A DNA stretch of 64,000 nucleotides from Balanoglossus misakiensis. Lineage: Eukaryota; Animalia; Hemichordata. The position numbers were made by a program, and so were the translations under genes. Where the stretch lies: assembly GCA_040954595.2 (NCBI GenBank), contig CM082578.2, positions 7,425,519 to 7,489,518 on the forward strand. Reading direction: 5' to 3'. Position 1 is the stretch's first letter. Each line of letters starts with the position of its first letter. Of the stretch, positions 24,401 through 36,400 are shown piece after piece. The notes under the pieces were generated by a model, which had not been told where the DNA came from, did no database searches, and was given only the letters and a program-made list of their open reading frames with translations.

Positions 24401-27400
24401 AAGTGTAAACGTTTCCGTTATCTTTACGAAGACACCACGTACTTTCCATCATGTATCACTATGCATTATTCTCTACACACTTTGTACAATGGTATCAATG
24501 TTATGGTCGATATTCACGTCCAATACACAAAAAAGCAAACATTATTCTATATGCAATTTATGGGAATGTATAACATGGCTGACTGACTGACTGACTGCAT
24601 GGGGATTTAGAAGAACACACATTGCATTAATAAATTTGTATCATAGGTGCTTGAGATAAATATATTCATACCAAAGTTTCTAAATAGCCATTTTAGTTAA
24701 ATTGTTACCTCGAAATCTCTTCTCTGTCAAGAGACACAACTGTTATCAATCTTCCAGAGTTTACATCAATATTGAAATGTCCTTCGTCGTTCCCGCCAAT
24801 TATAGTAAAGAAGACCTCTCCATTCAGTCCCTCGTCGGCATCTGTCGCCGTGAATACCAAGAGTTCTTCGAACGCGGGTCCGTTCTCTTCGATTGGGATG
24901 ATGGCATATGCCGGGGTAATAATAGGCGCGTTGTCATTAACGTCGATCAGGTGGACTTCCACTGTGCATAGCGCGGTGCGCTGAGGAACGCCGTTATCGG
25001 TGACCTGTATCACTATGCTGTAGATATCGTAGAGTTCTCTGTCCAGGGACGATTCGTCAATCTCTTGGTCAGGCTGTTGTTTTGGATAGATGCTCCCGTC
25101 AGCGTCTAACTGCAGGTAATTCACCGCAGGAATGCCGGCAACTATCGAATACGCGAGCAACGCGTTGTCCCCACTGTCTGGGTCGCTGGCAGAAAAGGTA
25201 GTAAGCTCTTCCCCCAGCTGGACATTTTCCTCCAGGTAGATTACCTGCCGGGGATTCTCACATATAGGGTCATTGTCATTGACGTCCTCGAGGGTGATGG
25301 TCAAGATCATCGAGTCCGATTTCACCAGTGTGTCATTCTCTGCTCTGTCGTATACCGTGATGTTGAGCGAGTAGATTTCCTGGAACTCGCGGTCCAGGTA
25401 GCCGGCGACTGACAGCTGTCCCGTGTCCTTGTCTATGTGAAAGGTGCCTCCTCCGTTCCCGTCGACGATGTAGAAGGACAGTTCGCCGTGGAGACCGTAG
25501 TCCTTGTCATCAGCTGCGACATCTACATCATAGATCACCGAGCCGACCCTGATATCTTCGGGGACTGAAATTGTATTGTCGGCCACCTGGAGCACGGGAG
25601 GGAATTCATTGACGGGTTTCACCACAACGGTGACCACAGCATAACCACTCCGGTTTGGTTTACCGTTGTCCGTGGCTCTGACCCGCAGCCTGTAAAACTG
25701 TGTCCTGTGCCACGCCAGTGTACGATCATTACGAAGCACAATACCGTCCATCATGAAATCACCACCTGTGTCACCACTGACTATGTCAAAGACAGTCACC
25801 TCGCCGTTGGTGCCAATGTCCATATCAGTCACTGAAAGACGCAGCAAGAGGGAACCCTTCGTAACCGGTTCAAGCACTGTGATAGACTGGAGGGCTGGGA
25901 CAAAAACGGGAACGTTATCATTGACGTCGGAAATCGTGATGACGACGGTGGTGGTGTCATTCAACTCGTCGCCAAAACTCGGCAAACTGTCCTTTGCTAT
26001 GACCACCAGTGCGTACTCATCCTTTGTCTCCCTGTCGAACACGTCGACGGTGGTGATGAGGCCCGAGAAGCGATCGATGGCGAATTTCCCCACGCCGTCC
26101 CCTCCCAGTACCTCATAACGTATCCTGCCGTGGACATGATCCGGGGTTTCTATGGTCTCCGTCGCCTCGACTGTCAGTACACTAGTGCCGGGAAGGATGT
26201 CTTCGGGGATTTCTCTCACGTAGCCGCCGGTAGGGGTATCAAACAGCGGGGGCTCCTCGTTGACCGGCTTGACTGTTATTGCCACGGTGCCGGTCGAACT
26301 GAGAGGTGGCACGCCGAGATCTGTCACTTCAATGAGAAGGTGATGTGTCCTCTCGGTTTCAAAATCCAACTGTTTGATGACGATGATGTTGTCACCCGAC
26401 ACGCCGAAGAGACCATCGTCATCGCCCGTCCGTATCGTTACGACATGATCTGTGTTTGGCGAGCCACGGTCGTTGTCAATAACCGTCAATGGCATGATGA
26501 CGGAGCCGATGGCGGCATCCTCGCGGACGTAACCGGCGAACAGAAACGGTTCGAAGTATGGCGTCTGGTCATTGACGTCTGTTACCGTTACCCTGACCGT
26601 CGCAAGAGCGGTCTTTTCTTGTCCGGGGGCGGCTTGGTCCGTTGCAGTCACCTCGAGCTCGTAGACGTCAATAGTTTCCCGATCCAGGGCCCTCTTCACA
26701 AATATTTCACCCGATGAAGAGTTCACTTTGAAAACATCGTCAACATTTCCTCCGGTGATGGTGTACATCACAAGCCCGTCGTTCAGGGCGTCGGCATCCG
26801 TGGTCGTCACTGTCTCAACAAGGGTGTCCGGGGCGGCGTCTTCGGGAACCGAGGTCACGTAGACTGGCGGTGAAAAGATCGGCGGGTACTCGTTCACGCC
26901 TTGCACCGACACAGTTATCACCGCGGTGCCGAAGCTCAGCCCGTCCGACACGTGGATTGTCAGCACATAGGTATCATTGGACTCCGCGTCTAAGACGTTG
27001 CTTGTGTACACAGTGCCAAGCAAGGGATCGATGCTGAGTCTACCATCCTCGTTACCAGAGACGATGCTGTACACGAAATCACTGCCCTCGTCGCCGTCCA
27101 TGCAGTTCGGGGTGATGACGGGGGTGCCGATGTAACTATCCTCGGCCACGGTTCCCATGTACGCCACGGGGTCACAGTAGGGGACGTTATCGTTGGCATC
27201 CGTTACCTGTATGTTCAAAGTCGCCGTACCGGTTCTCCCGGGCGTCCCCCTGTCCCTAGCTTCAAGCACCAGTTTGTACGTCTTTGTGGTTTCCCAGTCA
27301 AGTTTCTTAAGCACTGTAATCTCCCCGGAGTATTCGCTGAGATGAAACTTGTCGTCTTCATTTCCTGAAGTGACTACGTAGCCAACTTCCCCTGATGAAT

Positions 27401-30400
27401 ATGAAAATGAACACAAAAGCTTATATTATGGCTGCAGATCAAGCAAACCCCATTCCCATCAAAAAGTATAATATATGAACATCATAAATATTGGCTAGAG
27501 TTTTTTAAGAAGCCCCTAAGTCACCAACAATTATATCTTAAATTACGCTGCTGGTGAACCCCTCTGGGTGGTGAAAATATATCCAGAGGGTAAAAATTGC
27601 ACATACAGAAAAACACTTTTCAGAGTTCTATGGCTATTTGTAAAGTTGTTAATGTTCATTTTACCTTTGATCGTTCGCTCATACCAAAACGTTTAGAGAC
27701 GCGAGTAATTAAAAATTGGGGACGGAATTATAAGTGGCTATCAAATGATAACAGAGAAAGGCATCGATACTTTGGCTTACTGAGCATAATATTCTGCACA
27801 GCAGCCTTGTGTAGTATGTGGGCGAACCTTACCATCTATTCCTTCGTCGTTATCAGTTGCACTTAGAGCGATGATCGTAGCACCAACATTCAGAGCTTCG
27901 GAGGCGTCCGCGGCAATGGAACTAGCGCCGAAGTCCGGCGTGTATTCGTTTACTCCTAAGATATCAACGACGACCGTAGCCGTTGCGGAAACGGGAGGCA
28001 ATCCGTCATCGGCCACTCTGACCAACAGCTGGAAAGACTGCCTCTGTTCGTAGTTGGGGCTTGTGCGCACAACCACATCTGGCTGTGTTGCGTCGGGGAT
28101 TCCGAAGGTGTTGAAGTCATTGCCGTCGACGATGTAATAACTCAGCTGGCTGCCACCGCCGCCATCGCTACAGCTCAGCTGACCGAGGACCGTTCCAACG
28201 GGCGTGTTTTCCGCACAGCGCCAGCTGTAGAAGTCCGGGCTGCATATGGGGTTTTCGTCGTTTTCGTCGATGATGTTGATTGTCGCCGTGGCAACATCCG
28301 TGGCAGTGTTGTCGGCCACTTGCACTTGTAAAGTGTAGACTGCCTTCGTTTCGGCGTCAAGAAAGTCGACCACCACGATGTCGCCAGTAACGGAGTCGAT
28401 TCCGAATTTGCCATCACTGCCGGACAATATCGAAAATGTCAAGATTCCGCCCTGTCCGTCGTCCGCATCGGTGGCAGAAACACGTAACACAGTTGTCCCG
28501 GATAGAGCGCTTTCAGAGACAGAATCGGTGTAACTTGCCGGCGAGAATACTGGGGCATGTTCATTGCTGAAGTTCACCTCGATATACGCCGTTGCCGTGG
28601 CACTGAGAGGCGGAACTCCATCGTCGGCGGCTTTAAGACTCAGAGTATACGTGCTCTGTGTTTCTGCGTCCAGGTTCGTGTTGTCGGCCACGAATATTTC
28701 ATTAGCTGCATTCACACCGAAGACACCGCCGGCGTTTCCAGCGGTTATGCTGACAGCCACGTTGTCACCATCCACATCAGACACCGTTAGAGGAACGACC
28801 GCGAATGGCACAGCGGCATTTTCGTTGACGCTGCCAAAGTAGAGGTTTTGGCCAAACTCGGGCGGGTTGTTGGTACCGGACACCACGTTAACGTTCAGCG
28901 TAACTGAATCTGTCTTCGTTCCAGGATTTGTACCTGTGTCTTCGGCCACCACAATCAGGGAAAACGAGTCACCGGCATTGACTTTTGATATCAAGTAAAT
29001 CTCACCCGTCTGGTGGTCGATGCGGAACTTTGAACTAGTCGGAAGAAAACTGAGGAACACTCGTTCTCCTTTGTCGGCATCAGATGCAGAAATTGCAAAA
29101 ATGATGTCGTTCACCTGTGTACTGTCTAATATGTCGATCGCATGAGTGTCTGGAAGATCGATTTCAGGATCGAACTCGTTCATAGCTGCCACATTGACAA
29201 TAACAACCACTTCGGTGGCAAGGGAAGGCGTTCCTCCGTCAGAGACCTGCAGAGTGACGATGTGATTTTCCTGGGTTTCATAATCAAGAGGCGCAATCAG
29301 AGAGAGAACACCCGCAGCAGTGACGGAGAAGAGCGGGCTGGTTGGACTGCCGTCAACGCTGGTGATTGAATAGAACAGTTGTGCATTGGGCCCGTCGTCG
29401 GCGTCGCTGCACATCGCACCGACGTCCACCAAGATGGCGGAGGGTACGCCTTCATCCGCACTGACCGCCGCGTAATTGACGGTGCAGAATGGGACGACGT
29501 CGTTGACATCGGTGACGGTGAACACGACGTCCACCGGCGAACTTGGCAACGGGGGAGTACCCCTGTCCGTCACGGTGACGGACACGGTGTGCTCGTCCAG
29601 AGTCTCTCTGTCCAACCGCGCTTTCACCCTGATGGTTCCCGTCAGCTCGTCTATGGTGAAGTGAGTCCCCGGAGTGAGAGCGAAGAAGAATCTGCCATCG
29701 AGGCCGAGGTCCGCGTCGCTGGCTGTCATTTGGTACACCGAAGTGCCAATCGACGCATCTTCCCGAATCGACTGTGTGTATGGCGCGGATCCCGGGCCGG
29801 TGAACACAGGTGCGTGGTCGTTGTAAGGCGACACGAATATGGTAACGTTGGCAGTTGCGGATTTGTATCCGACTGCCCCGAGTTCGTCACGTACTTCTAC
29901 TTGTAGTCGGAATATCTGGGTAGCTGGGTCGTCGTACTCCAGTTGGACCAATGTTTTGATGTTGCCGCTATCATCTATATCAAACTGTGGGAGAGGATTA
30001 CCACCTGGAGAGAACAAAGTCAGACACTCTAATATTATAATGATACAGGATTTTGGCCGGTATCTTATGAAATTAAGCTTAAAATTACAATGTCTGTTTA
30101 TAATATGCACGTGCATTGATGAACTTGCTTTAATGACACTTTTTCAGGCTTACAATTTTGCCAGGCCCTTCATCTGTGGTCACATATCATATTTGACAGT
30201 AACCAGGCGTTTGGTAGCGATGATAGCGGAGCGAGTGATATCACGTGTACATTGATTGAATCCTTTTTCGATGAAGATTTACCTGTGATCAAGAACTCCA
30301 TGTCGGTATTCGGAGTTGCTACATCAAGGTCGTTCACTGTCAAGGTGATCACTGTAAGACCAGGCGGGTCATTCTCCGATACAGTTGCACTGTTGTTGTC

Positions 30401-33400
30401 GTCGTTTTTTAACAGGCGTGAGGAGTAACCCATGCAAAAAATAATAATACGTCAAAACAAATCCGACAATCACCGTGCCATTACATTCAGGCAAATTATT
30501 CGGATGAATATATGATTCCCCCGTATTTCGAACGAGTGATAGTGATTCCCCGTATAGAATTCATTAAATTTAAGCCTTGTCCCCACTGCACTCACTGTGC
30601 AAAACGCCCCCCCCCCTCATCCCATGGTGTTCACAATATCTGAAAATTGTATTCTTAACAATCAATTTGATGACGCTTATAAAAAAAAACATTGCTCTTT
30701 GTAGGTCTGTCATGAGAACAAATATACACTGTAGTATGACATTTCGGCATGACACGTGATGGTTGCATTGCAGAGACCCATACGACACTTGGCTTTAACG
30801 GTATATCGGTGACCGGCTTGTAAGTATAGGATGCTAAATGATCTGGACTTACCTGTATATGCTCGGAGAAAATACCGGGGGGTTGTCGTTCACGTTGTTG
30901 ACTGTCAGGGTTACAGTGGCAGCGACCGTAGTGTCGGAGTCCAAAGCCTCGACGGTGATTGTGTGGGAAGTGGCCGTTTCGTAGTCCAGGGACCCCACGA
31001 GGATGACGTCACCGTTCTGGTCGACGTCAAACTGTGGGCAAGCACAGGAGGCGGCGATGCTGTATGTCACCTGACCGTGCTCTGTCAGGGGCGAATCGGC
31101 ATCCGTTGCCAGGACGGTGGCAACGGGAGACAGGCGGGTGACATTCTCATCTACAGCGAAACTGTACGCGTCTATGAAAATAAAATTTTGTAATGGAAAA
31201 TAACAAGAGGAGGCAGGATCATATGTAAATGTAAACTATAGGAAAATCTGATCACCTGCATAAATAGAACAATTGTCCTTTTAGGCTTTGTGAAATGACA
31301 TTTGAAGTCGGAAAACCTTTAAACTTTGACAATAAGCAGATGCGCAGAAAGTATAAGGAATGGTACGAATAGACACTGATGAACCTCACATTGCTTATGG
31401 ACATGAAGTATTTTAGCGAAGCTTCGTCCCCTTTTACATTTTCTGGTTATTCACATTCCAATCACCATTGTGGAGGGAATTATGAGACTTGATATGAAAA
31501 CTAACTAACCATACAATGAACTCGGATTCCTATCTCTATAACTCTATAGATATATCAAATTACAAACTGGTCTTTCTAAGGAAAGTTGTTCTGTACATCT
31601 CCTATAATACATTAGGCACTTACTGTTGGGTTGAAACGCTGGGGCGTGGTCGTTCACAGGTTGGATGACCACTGTGCCTTCAACTGCAATCTGGTGGGGC
31701 TGTGTTGCAGAGTCAGTTACAAGCACTTTCAGTTTGTACGAAGTTGGGTCAGCCTCAAAGTCTATTTCTGTATCAAGTTTTACAACTCCGGCTGTGGTGA
31801 CGGAGAACGGTCCGCTATAACTGTTATCGAAAGCGTAATTCAGTGTTGCGTCAGCGCTGTCGTCATCAGTGCAGGTCAGCGTGAAAACGTTGTCGGCGGT
31901 CGTCTCTTCATCGATGATGACGACGAAACTCATGTCGGTGCACACGGGCACGAAGTCGTTGTCGTCGGTGATCGTGATTGTCGCCGTGCTGAGATCTGCA
32001 CTGGTGGCGTCCTTGGCGCTGAGGGCAAGGTTGAAGACTGTCGTACCAAGCGACTCGTAGTCGATGGCATTCTTCACTCTGATGTCTCCGTTTTCGTCGA
32101 TGTAGAACAAGTCATCGGTGTTGCCGCCGGTGATCTCGTACACTATGAGCCCGTCGGGAGAATCGGGCGAATCTAGATCTGTAGCCGCGCAGCTGACAAC
32201 CAGCTGGTCTATTACATCAGTTTCCGGTATGGATACGTCACAGGCTGGAGCAACCGGAAGCACGGGCGGGCCTTCATCTTGCGGCAGAACGGTGACAGTT
32301 ATGTCTATATCCACGCTCTTTGGGGGTGCGCCACCGTCTGCGACTTTCAATTCCAACTTATACTGGTGATTTGCGTTTATCTCGTAATCAAGGCCAGCTT
32401 TTATAGAGAAAGAAAAAAATAATGTATTAGTTATATAGATATCCTTGAGATAGATTCGGAAATTATCGGTTAATTACTCACCAAACATGTTTTTGTTGAG
32501 CCTTGTGTACAGCATTTGCAAACAGTCGAACAATACCGTTCATAATGACATACATGTACGTGTCTGCATTCATTGCTGTACAGTATGGAGGCATGTGTTC
32601 GCTGAAAAACGAATCTTCCTCTCATTTTCATCAATCACACGCTCTCTTCCTTCTTGTACAACGATCAAAAGATCCTTTAAATTACATCATACGCTGTAAA
32701 CAATAGACGATTGTTTCAGACTCACATGCTATATTGGATTTCGAACTATACTTACAGTTCAGCACGACACCTGTCCCAGCGCTCCATTGAAAAACACTTG
32801 CCACAGGATCAATCTCGGTCAAAGTATAGGTCAGGTCACCGTTTAGACTGGCATCTGGATCGGTGCACTGCAGTTCATCTGAACCTCCCACGTTTGACAC
32901 CACTGTCAGTGGGACTGTGTTTGCGGGGAAACAAAATGGCGTTAAATTGAAGACGATGTTGTTTGAATCGGTTACGTTCTTTTTTTGAAGTCGCTTTGAT
33001 TCAGTTTTGGCTTTTTGGAACTCTTTGCAAAATAATTCAAGAAGACGACACAATTCCAACAGGGAAGGCCATTCAACTCACATGTATTTTCCAGAGCCTC
33101 TACGTTGAATGCTGTTGCCAGGCACTGCGGTGTGTTGTCGTTGATGTCGGTGACGGTGACAGACAAGGTGGCAGTGGCCGTCTGGCCGCCGCCGTCAGTG
33201 ACCTTGAGTACAAGCTGGTAGTTGTCCTCCACTTCTCTGTCCAATGGACTTGTCAAAATGATTTCACCAGTGTTTGGATCCAAGGCGAATTTTGTCATCC
33301 CGGATATGGGAACAGCTGCGCGTTCACAGAAATGGTAATTAATGTAGACATTCAGAATGATATAAATGGTATTTTGTGACTGAACGTTCAGCTTTCTGCT

Positions 33401-36400
33401 TTCATACAATTAAAATGTATGCACATTTTGAAATCTAGGTAAAGGCTCTTGCACAGCGAGAATTTCAAAGTTACATAAATTTACTAGCCAGAGTGATGAA
33501 TTTGGGTTTTGTAACAAACCACAAGTTTTCCGATATCACGGAGAAGATATTAAAGAAACCGCCCTAGCACCTGCCTCAGGCGATAGGGTTTTGTGGTACA
33601 TGTACATGGTCCTGCATGGAAACCGTAGATGTGCGTACCTGATATTTTACTGTAAGACACGATACCATGGGGTGGCTCATCGCCATCGACTGCGCCGACA
33701 GCTGAAGCGTCGACGATCACTGTATCGACCGCTTGGTATTCGGGGTAAGTCTTTGCGATATCGGCGATTGTCGGGGTAAAGTCGTTGAAAGGCAGCAGGT
33801 TGACGGTGAGGGTCACGTATGTTGTATCCGTTCCACCGTCCGTGACAGAGACCTCCAAGGGATAAACTCTTGCCACAGCGGGGTCGTCATAATCTAAGTC
33901 TGTCGAACATCATAAACATGTGTAAAATATCACAATACAGTATATGGTGACATGCAAATACAATTATATACGTACAAAACCGTTCTGAGGTCACACACTG
34001 TGATATATTCAGCCCGATCAACTTATAATTTCATGCAGATTTTTTTTACCCTGTCTCGTCTTTGCCAGACGCAAAGAATAATAATGCATTAATTCAAAGA
34101 ATGCCTTTTCATTATTTGGGATCAACATGGCCAAAGTGGCACCGTGTTCAATCTCTACACAGAATACGCGCACAGACTACGCGCTGCATTTAGTCGTTCA
34201 ATTGTATGTATTGGCTCACCCACATCCAGGGTTACTTCACCGGAAGTGGAATCGATGCTGAACTCTGTGGGGTCGGTTGGTGTGAAGGAATATACCAAAG
34301 GCAAACCGTCCGGATCGGTACAGTCAATATCTTCAATCTATACATAAGCGGTATAAAGTTAGTTTAATTGCATTGTTCCTGTAAATTAAGGGTGGTTTTA
34401 CACCTTAAACTGATAACACCTAACCATTCACTTTTACATGACAGAGTAAGATTTTAGTGTTGCATAGAATATCTTGTCTTACCAAAGCTCCCGCGGTGGC
34501 GACATTTTCCACAAGTTGAACCACTATACTTTCCGATGTGCAAACTATCGGGGCGTCTCCAGTGACGTCATTCACGGTCACTGTGACGGTGGTAGTGGCG
34601 GAGCGTTTTGGACTGACTCCCTTGTCTTCGGCCAGGAGGGTGAGGAGGACGGGACTTCCGGTTTCTTCGTAATCTACTTCGTTTTTCACCGTGATGTTGC
34701 CGGCGGCGTCGATCGCGAAATTGTCGAATGTGTCGCCATCTGGAAGTGGATACCAGTGTGAAAAAATCCAATCTCTTAAGTAAAATGGCATCATTCAATG
34801 GTGACCTTTTTGCAGTCCAGTAAATTGAGTGCCAAAACAAACGTCCCCGCATTGTCAAAGAGAAATTGCGAACGCCGGTTTATTTTGACTAATCTGTCGG
34901 CCACTGTTGCGGCTCCGTTTTAACGGTTCGTGGTGGACACACAGCGGATAAGTGATGTCTACGTAATGAATAAAAACAGCAGTGTAATAACTACAATTTT
35001 TTTACCGATGATAGAATATTCCACTTCTCCCTGTGATCCTATGTCCCCATCGGTGGCGTTGATTACGACAACGTTTGCCCCGTACGCCGCACCTTCAGTA
35101 ATCTGCAAGGGACGCGAAAAGACCGGCTGTGAATTTTTCAATGTTTAATAAATTTCGCAATGAATACTATCCCATTAGTGAAATATAAGTAATAAATTTA
35201 AACAAACAAACAAAGGAAAGAACTTACAGTGATACTTGGTGGTAAAGGTTGGAACACCGGATCGTACTCGTTGACGGGTTCTATAGTGACGTATACCGTT
35301 GCCGTGGCAGTCTGTCCGCCAGGAGCATCGGCGATTTCCACAACCAGGGCATAATTGTCAGGATAGGTGACTGGGTCCAGGGGGTCAATCTGGATGGGGT
35401 CCCTCAGTTCCAGTTGTCGGTTGGGCACGTCGAACTGGAACTGGCTGAGACCCACCGTGCCTACGGGCAGAGTGGTATCGCCCGAGGAGATGTTGAAATG
35501 AAAGCTGGTGACGTCCGATGAATCCAGGTCGATGACGTCGAAGTCCACCAATACCGTGCCGGCTGTGGCGTCTTCCCTGACGACGACCGGGTCGATGGGT
35601 CCGATTGTGGGCGGGTTGTCGTTCACGTCCTGCACGTTGACCACAACGTCCACCGTGCCCGACCTCTGCGGTGTACCGGAGTCGCTGACTTTGCATCGGA
35701 GCGTGTATGTCCTCTGGGTTTCGTAATCCAACTTGGATTTCAGACCGATGGTGCCGCTGGTCGCGTGAATCGTGAATTTACTCAATCCGCTTGCCGCTGT
35801 GAAACCAGAAAAAAATTACGACAAAATAACTTTTTTGGCATTTCAACGGGAAAATTTTAAACCTAACACAATTGCAACTATTTTGCGAATATAAGCGATC
35901 CAGAAATACCTTGAAAATCATTGACAAGTGAATTCCATGACATTGCATTGGCATTTTATTTGCATATTTCTTGTTTTTAAGGCAAGAGAATTGCATGCAG
36001 ATTGATTAATTGCAATTTTTTGAAGCAAATGTTTACAAAATGTTCAAGTTTACAAACATGTTCGTCTTCTGCGATAACTAGAACGCGCAGTTTCAAAAGA
36101 ACAAACATGTCATCGCCAACCAAATGATGTCATGCGCAGTGCGTGCAGTGTAGCACAGTCCGACTAACGTAAGACTCCACTTACGTGAAGAGGATATGAT
36201 TTCATGGAACAGCAGCCCGTCAGCCCCTTTGTCAGCATCGACCACAGGAAGAGTGAAAAAAGGCGCGCCGATGGCCTGGTCCTCGGGCACAGGTACTGCA
36301 AATGGCGCGCCGGGAAACGCAGGAGTAAATTCGTTGATGCCTTTCACCTGAGAGGAGAAATATGTTGTTTAGAACTGATTAAACTGATTGATTGATTGAT

